Assembly (NCBI RefSeq): GCF_004010195.1 | Contig: NC_057719.1 | Span: forward strand, 75,135,960-75,199,959 | Reading direction: 5' to 3' | Source: Chiloscyllium plagiosum | Lineage: Eukaryota | Length of the DNA: 64,000 nt | Shown: positions 25,581 through 37,879 of the stretch, in pieces | Numbering within the stretch: the stretch's first letter is position 1 | Layout of the letters: the number at the start of each line of letters is the position of its first letter | Program-made: the position numbers and the translations under genes | Notes under the pieces: generated by a model | The model's database searches: none | What the model was told of the DNA's origin: nothing | Seen by the model: the letters and a program-made list of their open reading frames with translations, nothing else

Positions 25581-25719
25581 AGACAATCTCATAAATCATA
25601 CTTGTAATTTGATCATCTACAGAGTCCAAGTTCCAGGCCTCACTATTCTTTCAAGGACAGTTGCAGTCCCCATCACACTGTACTTCCAAGAAAAACTCCA
25701 TCTCCTTTTCTTCAAGGAC

Positions 25720-25970
25720 TCATAAGTTCATAAGATATCGGAGCAGAATTAGGCTGTTTGGCCCATCAAGCCTCCTCCACCCTTCAATCATAGATGATAT
25801 GCTCCTCACCCCATTCTCCTGCCTTCTCTCAATCACCCTTCAACCTATTACCAAATAAAAATCTGTCTAACTCCTCCTTAAATTTACTCACTGTTCCAGC
25901 ATCCACCGCACTTTGGGGTAGTGAATTCCATAGATTCACAACACTTTGGGAGAAGTAGTTTCTCCAGCCG
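25720..25970 (-). mobile_element. CR1 LINE 3' fragment
   Basis: RNYFSQSVVNLWNSLPQSAVDAGTVSKFKEELDRFL. Confidence 0.85.
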
Positions 25971-26329
25971 ATTCTCCTTGGAAAACAGGTTTCACATAAA
26001 TAGGATTCCACTATGCAATCTTTCCTATATGGCGCACCTGATTTTGGAAGCTTCTAAACCTTTAGCTCCATGCTTTCCTTCATCTCTCTGTTTCAGTATA
26101 GTCCACATGACCTCCATATTTATCCTCCTTCCTATTGGCACTGCTTCCGAATCAAAGGCTATCAGTCACAAGGACCAGTATTTCTTAGAATCTAGAAGTT
26201 ACAGTTGATCGCTTGACTGACGATACAAACTCTTAAAAGTTCTTTTAGAGCACGTTCAAAAGCAATTGTGCATTCCCTGAATGTATTGAAGTATTGTAAA
26301 TTTTCTTTACTGCTACTGCTTCTGGTCAA

Positions 26330-26736
26330 ACCTGAGCATTGGAGGCTGAGGGGTGGCCTTATAAAGGTTTATAAAATCATAAGGGGCATGGATAGGGTAA
26401 ATAGACAAGGTCTTTTCCCTGGGTTGGGGGAGTCCAGAACTAGAAGGGCGTAGGTTTAGGGTGAGAGGGGAAAGATATAAAAGAGACCTAAGGGGCAATG
26501 TTTTCATGCAGAGGATGGTACGTGTATAGAATGAGCTGCCAGAGGAAATGGTGGAGACTGGTACAATTGCAACATTTAAAAGACATCTGGATGGGTATAT
26601 GAATAGGAAGGGTTTAGAGGGATATGGGCCAGGTGCTGGCAGGTGGGACTAGATTAAGTTGGGATATCTGGTCGGCATGGATGAGTTGGACCGAAGTGTC
26701 TGTTTCCGTGCTGTACATCTCTATGACTCTATGACT
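26330..26736 (+). mobile_element. CR1 (HER1-like) LINE 3' fragment
   Basis: RLRGGLIKVYKIIRGMDRVN; (ctatgact)2 tail. Confidence 0.9.
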
Positions 26737-26737
26737 A

Positions 26738-27110
26738 GGTTATAGCCCAAAAAGAATTAATTAAAATCACAAGGTTTTGGAGTGCTGCTCCTTCATCAGT
26801 TGACGTTTACAGCAAGTTAATGTCTGTATCGACATGTGCGATTTTCTTGGAGATCCTCTTTGAACTGACAGTTGTGGTGTCGATGGTAGCTATGATTTAG
26901 AGGTCCCGGTGTTGGATTAGGGTGGACAACATTAGGAGTCACATGATATACTGATCCTTTGTCAAGTGAGGTCAGGTGTGGGACTTCACATGGTGAAGGG
27001 GCAGCGCTCCGAAAGCTTGTGGTTTCAAATAAACCTGTCAGGCTATAATCTGGCATTCATGTGACTTCTAACTGCCAATCCCAGTCCAACACTGGCAACT
27101 CCACATCATG
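26738..27110. mobile_element. Inverted fragments of a third hammerhead-bearing (Penelope-type) repeat family
   Basis: Minus 26765-26799: CTGATGA-A-GGAGC-AGC-ACTCC-AAAA-CC-TT-GTG. Plus 26987-27021: CAC-ATGGTGA-A-GGGGC-AGC-GCTCC-GAAA-GC-TT-GTG. ggtgttgga (~26909) and tccaacact (~27085) are inverted. Confidence 0.65.
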
Positions 27111-27394
27111 GATTTATGATTAGGAGTCTACACATTGAGGGCAATTAGCTTGTTTTTGGTTTTGGATGATCAAGGATTGACATTAGTCATAATGTGGAGT
27201 TTGACAAGTAAAACATAACGCTGTGGTTTCAATAGCTTCGAACAGTCGATTTAGAGAAAAGTTTTGAGAGCATAAAGGAAGTTATGATTCCGGAATAATT
27301 CAGAAATAATATTCTTTCAAACTTAAAACTTATTCAGATGATGGTCACATGTTTAAAAAAAATCAAGGTAGCAACAGTCCTGGCAGATAACTAG

Positions 27395-28450
27395 CTTGAA
27401 GGAAGAAGACAGAAGGTAGTGGTGGAGGGTTGTTTTTCAGGCTGGAGGCCTGTGACCAGCAGTGTGCTGCAAGGATCGCTACTGGGTCCTCTGCTTTTTT
27501 TGACATGTATATAAATGATTTGGATGTAAACATAGGAGGTATAGTTAGTAAATTTGTAGATGACACCCAAATTGGTGGTGTAGTAGTAAGCGAAGAAGGT
27601 GCTCTCAGAGTACAACGGGAACTTGGTCAGACTGAGCCGAGGAGGGGCAGATGGAGTTTGACTTAGATAAATGTGAGGAGCTGCATTTTGGAAAGGCAAA
27701 TCACAGCAGGGCTTATACACTTAATGATAAGGTCCTGGTTACTGAACAAAGTGACCTTGGAGTGCATGTTCATAGTTTCTTTAAGGTAAAGTCACAGGTA
27801 GATAGGATAGTGAAGAAGGTTTTGGTATGCTTTCCTTTATTGGTTAGAGCATTCAGTATAGGAATTTGGAGATCATGTTGCAGGACATTGGTTAGGCCAC
27901 TTTTGGAATACTGCATTCAAATCATGTCTCCCTGCTGATGTTGTGAAACTTGAAAAACTTCAGAAAATATTTACAAGAAAGTTGCCAGGGTTGGAGAAAT
28001 TGAGCTATAGGGAGAGGCTGAATAGGCTGGGACTATTTTCCCTGGAGCGTCGGAGGCTCAGGGGTGACCTTATGGAGGTTTATAAAATCATGAGGGGCAT
28101 GGATAGGGTGAATAGACAAGGTCTTTTCCCCAAGGAAGGGAGTCCAAAACTAGAGGACAGAGTTTTAAGGTGAGAGGGGAAAGATTTAAATGGGACCTAA
28201 GGGGCAACCTTTTCACACAGAAGGTGGTCTGTGTTTGGAATGAACTGCCAGAGGAAGTGGTGCAGGCTGGGTACAATTATAGCATTTAAAAGGTATCTGA
28301 ATGGGTATAAGGAATATGAGGGGTTTAGAGGGATATGGGCCAAATGCTGGCAAATGAGAGTAGATTAATTTAGGATATTTGATTGGCATGGATGTGTTGG
28401 AACGGAGAGTCTGTTTCCATGCTGTACGGCTCCATGACTCTATGGCTCTA
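27395..28450 (+). mobile_element. CR1 (HER1-like) LINE, 3' ~1 kb with RT core
   Basis: YINDLDVNIGGIVSKFVDDTQIGG (FADD motif region), RPLLEYC, LGLFSLERRRLRGDL and tail. Confidence 0.93.
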
Positions 28451-28479
28451 TAACTATAGTATCTAACACAAACAGGTAC

Positions 28480-30300
28480 ATTGGAGAGATGAAAAGAACT
28501 GAAAGAATAGAAAAGATGCAAAGGGAAGACCTTTAAGAAAAACAGAAGAGTGAAGTAATGCCAATGTGATAAAGGACAAAGGCTCAAGCCAAACAATGCT
28601 GTAAAGGAAACAACATGCTTCCTCTGTAATAAGGCAGGACGTTCCAAAGCCAATTGCTGGAGGTTAAATGGGAGACTGATTCCAGTCGTAGAAAACATTT
28701 GTTCAATGTTTTTACTCGAAGAAATACAATCAGATTTTATGTGTCAACTATTCAAAATAAGTGGTGACTAGTTTGGAAATAAAACAATTACATTTTCTAC
28801 CCATCATCCATAATCTTAAAGTGCATTGAAAAAATGTATCAAATATTGAAATGCATAACTAGAGCCTATTGTTAAGAATTTCCTTAATGTTTGGGATAAA
28901 ATAATTCCTGTCTTTCTATTTGCCGTTAGAGGCATTCAAATTGAGTCCATAGATTTCAGTCCTTTTGAACTGATATATAGACACGAGATGAAAGGACCTC
29001 TTGAATTGCTTAAACAAAAATTGATAAAACAAAGAGAGTTTCCAGCCTTTGAGTTGGGAGTTTCAGAGAGAAAAGCACATGGGTTGTTCAAAAAGCATTC
29101 AAAGTGTGCTTAAAATGCACCGAAAACTAGAGCAGATCAAAAGGCCACAGTTTGATATTTTGTCACTGGAAAGAAGAATCTGAATCTTCCCAATCCCTGA
29201 ACCTTGTGGCCAATGACAAGTCATTTGAGAAAATATAACAATATCAAAAAAATTAGTTTCTTAACTTCAAGAGAAAACAATATGATTTTTCAATGTTTGA
29301 ATGGGGAGACAAGAATCTCCATAGTGTGAAACGAGAGGCGTATTTGCATGTGTTTATATTTCATTACAGTTTATATTAACCTCATTGAAATGAAGCTTCT
29401 TCGTTGTCCCACCTGGCAAAAAGAAACTATTCTGGCACCTTTAAACTTTAATGCAAACAACAAAGTTAATTTAAGCTTTCATCCACATTCTCTTGGTCTC
29501 TAGCTGTTCCTTTTACCATGGATTCTGATATACTGTCTGTCTTCAAGAGCTCCATGGATAGCTTGGTAACAAGCCCATTTCCATGGCCTTGTATCCAGAT
29601 TGAGAGAGATGACAAGTGGTGGTGTAACCTGAAGGTCACTTTGCATTCAGGCAAGGGGAGAGATTGAGATGGAGACTCCTGCATGGTAACCTCAGCCAGT
29701 GCAGGAATTGAACTGATGCTGTTGGTGTCATGCCATATTGCAAGCCATCTGTTCTAGCCAACTGAGCTAAGCATTAACTGACTGCCCTTGAAATTCATAC
29801 TTTTCTATTTAAAGTGTACCACCAGTTAGCATAACTGTTTACAACACCTTTCTGCAACTTTGGAGACTAATAGTCTGTCCACACAAATGCTGATGCCATT
29901 GTCCCTAAGTAGGAGCACCTTATACCTCCTTCCCAGTGAGACAACCCAGCCTCCTTTTAATCTTTAACAACAACTCACCTGAATCTGCTGTACCGTAGAC
30001 TTAAGAACAGGTCACATTGCTCCCTTTACTTTATTACAAAGCAAAGGCATGGTCCCAGAATAGTACAACTTTATAAATCTCATTATTTAGCACATCTGAG
30101 CAGTTAAATTCGTTGCATTATTATGTCCAGAAGGTTTGATCCATTGAGGCCATTCTGGGTCTTTATGGAGAAATCCAGTCTTGCCAAAAGCACACTGGTT
30201 ACAGAACCCCAAAATTGCATACCTTTACCATAGGATCTCACTAGTCCCATGGAACTGGGACCCTTCTTCGGTGATGTGGGTCATTACAGGTTGATTGTTT
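28480..30300 (+). mobile_element. Highly decayed Ty3/gypsy relic with gag knuckle, integrase, then RT/RNase H order (Gmr1-like)
   Basis: CFLCNKAGRSKANCW at 28616-28660; EEIQSD at 28718; WDKIIPVFLFAVRGIQIESIDFSPFELIYRHEMKGPLELLKQKL at 28892-29023; PMELGPFFGDVGHYR at 30246-30290. Confidence 0.7.
29580..29772 (-). mobile_element. tRNA-derived SINE inserted in the gypsy relic
   Basis: Minus strand head tagctcagttggc (A box) and agttcaattcc (B box). Confidence 0.7.
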
Positions 30301-31439
30301 TCTTGCCGGTAGACTGCCCGAAATGAATTCTCTTCCCAATCCTACAACTGAAGGTATGCATCTTTAAATAAAAATCTTCCTTGAGATGCATTGAGTTGGA
30401 TCATGTTTTGCAAAAGTGGAGGAATTGTGATTAATCATTTTGCTCAAGATTTGAAGTACCGAGAACCTTCCAGTGACTATTTACAATTAAGATTGATGTC
30501 AATGTGTAGAAAGCATCTATAACTCTGAGGACAGGTCTTGAAAAGGTTACTCAGAAAAATCTAATGTCTAATATTCTGCTAGTTTTGGTGGTAGCACACT
30601 TAATAAACATGCAAGGGGTTAGCCAAAGTTAAAACCTAAAGATTGAGGTTTTTTTTTTTCATTTTAAAGTTCCAATGATCGCTGTAACCTTCTCCAGCAT
30701 AGTAGCCTGCTGTCTTCTGTTTTTCTAAAACTCAGGGGTTTTGCAATTCCCTGATTTTTAGCATTGGCCACCTAAGATGTCAACTTCCTACTTTACACCC
30801 CTCGACCTGCAAAAGTCTCTTTCTCTCTCTCTATAAGAGGCATCTTAAACCTTCCTCTTTAACCAGACTATTGGCCACATGTCTGAATATCTATATGATG
30901 CTCAATGTCAAATTTTGTTTGAGTTCCTGGAGCAAACTGGAGATTTATCTTTACCTGTTCCTGTTGCTTTAGTTAGGCAGAGAACTGAAAGATAGCGTTA
31001 TTAGAAGGAAACTGTGTGGAGTTAGCACATGTGACGTTTGTTGACCTGAAAATAATTACGCTTCTTGCGATTCAACATCCCATAACAGAATCTCTTCAGA
31101 TTCTTGTCTGCTGAAGACAGCCTGGATCTTTGCTATTATACATAGACTTGTCATAGAATGTAGTGGCAGCTGAGTAAGAAGGGACTTAGAGAAAGGTGTT
31201 TCCTCTGGTGAAGGAGGACATTAAGGCTTAACTTTAATATTAGTGGTAAGGCAGTCAGGAGGTTGTTCTTTGGACCAATAGTAGTGGCAATCTGGAAATC
31301 TCGTCCTCGAAGCATCCTCAATGACTTCCCTAATGCAGCAGTAGACTGTAACATTAAAGTGTTGCAAATAGTCTTAGAGTACACAAAAAAAGCTTGTTGC
31401 CTCAGTGGTAGCATTTATTCTGAATAACAGATTGGTTAG

Positions 31440-31910
31440 CTATCAGGAAGAAGAGAGTAGGGATTAATGAGTGACTTGGGGACCAAATATATATTTGGCC
31501 ACCAAAGTTGTCAAGAGGAGGTAATGAGTCTGCAAAGCTGTATGGACAGATTAAGTGATTGCGCTAAGAAATTGGTAGAAGGAGCATAAAATGGGAGAAT
31601 GCAAACTTCTCCATTTTGGCAGGAAGAATAAAAAAGCAGCATATTATTTAAATGAAGAGAGATTGCAGAACTCTGAGTTACAGAGGGATCTGGGTGTCCT
31701 GGCACACTGATCAGAATTAGTTTGAATGTGGGTACATAAGATTGGAAGGTAAATGGAATGGTGGCATTTATTGCAAAGAATATAAAAGGAGGGGAATTTT
31801 ACTGCAACTTCTGGAGTATTTGAAAGAGGATACGGTTGCATTAGAAATAGTTCAATGAAGCTTCATGTAACTCATTCATGGAAGGGAGAGGCAATCTTAC
31901 GAGTGAGTTG
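31440..31910 (+). mobile_element. Decayed CR1 RT fragment
   Basis: Frames resembling LQ.DIDRLS.WA.NW, HFGRKN and QRDLGV. Confidence 0.7.
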
Positions 31911-32159
31911 GGTGTTTGCAGGGGTGAACAAAGTGGGGGTAAACTGAGGAGACAGACCTTCTCGAAATTAAGTTTCCAAGATTCCAAACTTTGTAGGTAA
32001 ATGTAAAGCAACAAATTCTGTGACTGGGGTCATACTCTCTGGCTCAGAAAAAAAAGATGAAGACATTTTAACTCTTTCATTTGAAGGTCATGCACTCATT
32101 CAGTCTACCTGAATTTTGAGTGTTTGCAGCATTTTCTGATTTGGCTATTTTTGTACAGT

Positions 32160-32490
32160 TTTTTTAGATTAGATTCCTTACAGTGTGGAAACAGGCCATT
32201 TAGCCCAACAAGCCCACACCAACCGTCTGAAGAGTAACCCACCCAGACGCATTCCCCCTACCCTATATTTACTCCTGACTAATGCACCTAACACTATGGG
32301 CAATTCAGCATGGCCAATTCACCTGACCTGCACATTCTTGGACTGTGAGAGGAAACCAGAGCACCCGGAGGAAACCCATGTGGACATGGGGAGCATGTGC
32401 AAAGCCACACAGACAGTCACCCAAGGCTGGAATTGAACCCAGGTCCCTGGTGCTTGAGGCAGCAGTGCTAACCACTGAGCCACTGTGCCA
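32160..32490 (-). mobile_element. HE1-type V-SINE
   Basis: Reverse complement homologous to 22539-22860, including the (taatc) tail and A/B boxes. Confidence 0.9.
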
Positions 32491-32689
32491 GCCATTTTCT
32501 TAGACCTTAGTACTCACCAAATGCTCCCTCAGGTCTTTTTAAAAATGTTTTCGTGATATCCCAACTATTCAGAACTTTAATTCAGACCTTGATCCTAACC
32601 TGAGCTCCTGTAAATCTTACAGAGTGTCTTCAGTTCACTCAGAGACAGGAGCAATTTCCTCAGCTCGTTTTCTTCAAACCACTCCAGAT

Positions 32690-32920
32690 AGATACTCCGA
32701 GGGTTATGAGTCTTTGGAACTCCTTGCCGTGGAGAGCTGTTGGGGAGCAGAGTCCTTGTGCATATTTAAGGATGAGATAGATTCTTGATCAGCAGGGAAT
32801 CAAGCGGAAAGGGCTGGAAAAGGGATGCGAGGAGTTTTGAATCACCTGTCATCTGTTTGATTGGTGGAGAAGGCTCAAGGGGCTGAATGACCTTCTCCTG
32901 TTCATATTTCTCGTGGTGCT
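32690..32920 (+). mobile_element. CR1 LINE 3' tail fragment
   Basis: WNSLP, FKDEIDS and a gggctgaatgacct...ctcctgtt tail. Confidence 0.7.
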
Positions 32921-34119
32921 TCAAGTCAGATAAATCATCCAGGCTTCTGTGCAAGCTCTTTTCCCAGCTGAATCAGTTCATCCAAGCCAACACAATTCCA
33001 TGTGGCTAAAAGTCTTGCAGTTTCTCAGCACACCTATAGGGTGCGCAGTATTGTACTTCATTGTATTGTACTCAGAATGAAGCAAAAGGCTTGACTTTTC
33101 ATCAGAAATGATAGAATGGGAAGGTAAGTGAAATTCGGCACAATGTACAATGCAAAATGATAACATCTTGCACCATTTTGATCAAAGTATGCAAATTCTA
33201 AAAAAAACCACAGTCTGCTCCAATGCTGCATTTTCAATGGAAATGATAAAAATCTTGTACAATTTTAATCAAAGACCTGGATCTGAAACATTATGAGTGG
33301 ATTGATGAATGTACATCATTAGAGTTGTCGAACTATTTTACTGAATATGAAGTACAGCCTTTGACAAACTGGCAGATTCAGGACTTGGAAACAGATAAGT
33401 GGAGCCAGATAAACCATCCTGCACAATTTTGATGAAAGATTCGAAGATTGAATGCTTGGATTTAGTTTGATTTGGAACTTGACTTTGATTATCACTTTCA
33501 GCCTCTTGACAACAGGAGGAGTCTCTGAGTTCCAAGCACATTCTCATTTTAATTTACTGGAGTGTATAGTTCCACCAAAATGTTCAACTGGGCTCAGAAA
33601 TGGAGGACCATTGTGCAATTTGATAAGCTGTGTATTTTCTATGTTAAAATAAAGACATAAGTTTAATAACTTAGAAATTTTTACTCCTATCTAAAGGCTG
33701 TTGAAATATTTCAAAATGTCTCCTCCCAATCCCTCCATTTTAACATATTCTCTTTCCCTCAGTCGGTCTCCCATTATCTGTATCATTCTCTGGCTTATTC
33801 TGGATGATGTATAATGGAACCTTCCTTTATTAATGACACATCTCCTCTTGGCTATACTTTGCACCACTTGCTTCACCCAAACTGTCCTGATGCAGGTGCA
33901 GCTGTTTCATCACATCTGTCTGTCTATTCCTTCTTCTTCTTCTTTGAGAATTTCCACTTGTTTCATCCCTCTTACTGCTCATTCTCTACCTCCCAACTCA
34001 ATGAGATATTTCCACTTCCTAATAAACACAAAGAAGATTGGGTTGGGATATCTGGTCAGCATGGACAAGTTAGACTGATAGGTCTGTTTCCGTGCTGTAC
34101 ATCTCTATGACTCTATAAC

Positions 34120-34535
34120 CTGTGGATGCTGGAAATCTGAGTCAAAGGCGGAGAGTGCTGGAGAAACATAGCAGGCATGGGAACATCTGCAGAGAGAAAA
34201 GTATAATGCTTGAAACCAGGTAGACTCTGGGCCAATCAGCTGGCCAATATAATCAAGGGATTTAGAATCTCCTTCATTCAGGAGACTGACTCCAAGCTGG
34301 CTGGCCATAGCTACAGCCACAGCCACAGCCACAGCCCCGTGCACCGTGCACTGGTAAATAAAGGGTGATTTGGTGATGGGAAACTGCTGTCTGCGCAGTT
34401 ATTTCAAAAACAGCGTCCAGTGAACCATAATCAGAGTTCTGATGAAGGGTCATTGGACTTGAAATTTCAGCTCTGCTTTCTCTCTGCTGATACTGCCAGA
34501 TCTGATGACTTTCTCCGTCAGTTTCTGTCTTTTTT
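34120..34535. mobile_element. Inverted Penelope-derived repeat pair with hammerhead motif (34434-34473, +), split by a small LTR-like insertion
   Basis: GAGTT-CTGATGA-A-GGGTC-ATTG-GACTT-GAAA-TTTC-AGCTC; reverse-oriented body at 34120-34200. Confidence 0.65.
34201..34406 (+). mobile_element. Small solo LTR-like element related to 35257-35483
   Basis: Shares taaataaagg and the agttatttca 3' terminus; CCAAT motifs; internal (acagcc)n. Confidence 0.5.
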
Positions 34536-35256
34536 GCATCTTCGCTGCTTCACTCCCTCATCCTCTGCAGTGAGTATCTCCCCCATCCTCGCTGACTTCA
34601 GCCTCCTTTTCTCTGTCTAACCTCCCGTGGTCTCAGAGCACTGCTGTCCTCCTCCTCCTTGAGTTCCTTGTCTGAAGGTGATTCCGATGTATAGCCTTAC
34701 TATCTCCTCCATAGGCTCAGCAAGGAAGCAGATTCTGATTACCTCCCCGACTAGATTGGAAAGCAAACCCCGTGCTGTTGGCACCAAGCTGATCTGGTTG
34801 ACTATTCAATCAACTAAGTTGGCATCAAAGGAGTCCAGGTTGCTGTACATTTACATGTATGCTGTAGCCTTCAGCTACAGGTAGCGGTGGAAGAGGTTAC
34901 AATTTTAACTGCACCGCCAAACCTCCAGTGCTCTCCTATCACCCCCATGTCACCCTCCATATAAACTCCCGACTCCTATTCAGTGCCCCATTAACTTGAC
35001 CTGACATAGCCACTACTTAGATTGTGTTAAGGCCATCTCATGGTATTGCTCTCCAGCCTCACCACTGTCCTCCCTCGAGCTCCTATCTCTCCTGTGTCCA
35101 GCTCTTGCAAAAACTCTCCTACAAATCAGTTACAATTTCACTTTCAAATTCCCGACTGTCTGTTCAGCACAATTGTTCTGCAGGTTAGCAAGCTGATTGC
35201 TTGATCATTCCAGTGCTCTCCTGATCAGTCTCCTCGGTTCAACCATACAAAAACCC

Positions 35257-35483
35257 TGTAGTGATTATAATGAGCACAGCCGGGTGGACCTCATTGAATA
35301 TGAGTTCCCTGATTGAGGCTGTTAATGTGGTCCCAACAGGGAGCCCTGGCTGACAGATACGAAGAGGTGTGTCTGAGGTTCTGTTCACCCCAAGAGCTGG
35401 CTCTGAGGGAGCTGGTTTGGTGTCAAGGACTCTCTGCGTATAAATAAAGGTGTCAGGATACCGGCCTCTGTGGAGTTATTTCA
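35257..35483 (+). mobile_element. Small (~227 bp) solo LTR-like element
   Basis: Begins TGTA and ends TTCA, with AATAAA near the 3' end. No convincing TSD seen. Confidence 0.55.
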
Positions 35484-37294
35484 CACCTGACACTGTATTG
35501 CCTGTTTCCTAATTCATCTCAAGTCCTGTGCACCTATTTGCCTCTGCTCGCTGTTCTGTATCGGTTCAGGATTTGGAAACACCTTGATTTTAAAATTCTT
35601 TACTGGTGACAGTCAGGAATGGAGGCCTTGGTCACCTTGGCCCTGCCCATGCAACTCACATCCCCAATTTGAATTGATCCAGACATATTTAGGGAAGGTT
35701 AGCTTGTAGAATCAGTTGCATTCCGTTATTTCTGGTGAGCGTGGTGCTCTACAGTTATTGTCCTTCAACCTAATGGTTACTCTCTTGATGCAGTGTTGGG
35801 CCTCTAGTGCATGGTAGTACAGTTAAAATATAATCAATGAAGAATCCTAGAGACTTTCTAGTATATGTCCCTCTTGAGAAACAGGTCAAATTTATTGAGA
35901 TAAAATTATAAGCTGAACTTTGTGGTTTTATTTTTCTGGCTTTACATTCTGTGTATATTTTCCGTGTTTTAAGATGGCACCAGAGAGTAGCAACACTAAG
36001 CAATGCTTTTCACTGTATTTATAATAAATTAATTAATTGACAATAAGTAAATCAGTCTATAAATGAAACATTACCTACATTCTGTGCAAAACCAAAACAG
36101 TCAGGGTTAAAAAGTTCCCTTAAGTGACCGCTCCCCTTTTTAAAGAAATACAATGGAGGGGAGTAGTAAAGAGGGTTCGCTGCGTGCTTTGTTTAGGTGT
36201 CTGTCTTTCATTTTCATATTTCGCAGCCACGGAGGCTCCTATTACCATATCTGACTCAAGTCCCAAGTTGTGTTTTATTATGTTGTTTTAATTCGGATTT
36301 CAGTATCGGCGAGCTGACTTGCAGTATGCACGCTGTTCAAATTGTTTGCACAGCCTGGTGTTATACACCAGAGATCCAACCCAGAAAAGTAAAAGAGAGA
36401 AGCATTCATGAACAAGTAAAGAAAGATTTGATGAATGCCTTTGCATCTCAGATTGGGTTTCACACCCTAAACATGTCCAATTCCTTGGAGCGCTCCATTT
36501 TATAAGTTGAACTGTTGGCCTGATTGGCAATTAAACCGCAAATTAGCTGCATTTATACTTGACCAGTTCAAATGAAGCCTTTCCAACACTTTCTCCCTTA
36601 GGTAATTTGTAAAGCATTTCATTGGCTAACTGCTTAATTTCTTTAGAGTGTTTTGCAAGCTTGGTTTACTTTACAGTCATACCACTGGGAAATTACAGCA
36701 GACATTGCAACATCCAGCTCAAGCTTACTTATCAGAGTTGACTGAACTTTTATTTTGCACTATTAAACATAGCAGCCTTTCTATTTGGCTTCACTTGAAC
36801 CTTGCCTGGAGCTTTCCCTGTTAGACTTAATTTGTTTCTCTTCATGTGTCAATAGTTTTATGTGGCACTGCTGCAACTCTCCATGTCATCCTGAAATCCA
36901 TTGGATGTAGCTTTTCCTACAAATACCACAGTTTGATTTTCCTCTTACTTTCAATCAGGAAGATGACAAGTAATTCTGAGGTACTTGCTAATATTGGCAA
37001 TAACCCTAGACTTTTGGCATTACTCTTGAATGAAAACATCTTAGACTGAAGAAAGCTTGTTATAACCTGCTGGCTTATTTTCAGTTGGTCACATTTATAT
37101 TTGGTATATGTATGGTTTTTGCTGCAATGAATGTAACTCCAGAGCTGAAAACCTTGAAGTACATTTTGATTCATTTTACGTGTAAATTTTGAACTAGCTG
37201 ATTCACTTCTGTAATTTTTCACAGATGATGTCATTAGTATAGAAATCAGACTTGTCGCAATGCAGAGCTTTAAGCTATGTTGATTTTTAGAAGC

Positions 37295-37830
37295 CATTAG
37301 ATCCCCAGGCTAGTAACCCAGACTGATCTTTTCGTGGAGTCAGCTCCACTTACCCACCTGCTCAGCATAACCCTTCATTCATTTACTTTTCAAAATGCTT
37401 TCTTTGACTTAAAAACATCCAACGAGGTGGCCTCAACTGCTTCACTGGGGAGGGAACTCAACAGATTCACAACCCTTTGGTGAAGAGGTTCCTCCTCAAC
37501 TCAGTCCTAAATCTGCTCCCCCTTAATTTGAGGCTTTGCCCCCTAGTTCCAATTTCACCCACCAATAGAAATAAGCTCGCTGCTTCTATCTTACCTAATT
37601 CATGATTTTGTATGTTTCTATAAGATCTCCCCCCCATTATTCTAAATTTCAGTGATACAGTCCCAATCTGCTCAATCGCTCCTCATAAAGCAACCTTCTC
37701 AATTCCTGAATCAACTTAATGAAACTCCTCTATACCCGCTCCAGTGCCAGTACATCCTTTCTCAAGTAAGGAGACCAAAACTGTACACAGTACACCAGGC
37801 ATGGCCTCACTAGCCCCCTATAGAGCTGCA
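37295..37830 (-). mobile_element. CR1 LINE 3' fragment (same subfamily as 3420-4040)
   Basis: Clear nucleotide homology with 3480-3980 (ctcagctccacttac...acagattcacaaccct...ggagaccaaaactgtac). Confidence 0.85.
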
Positions 37831-37879
37831 AGGATATGTATTCATGCATCCAAGTCTATTTGCATAGTATTGCATATAG

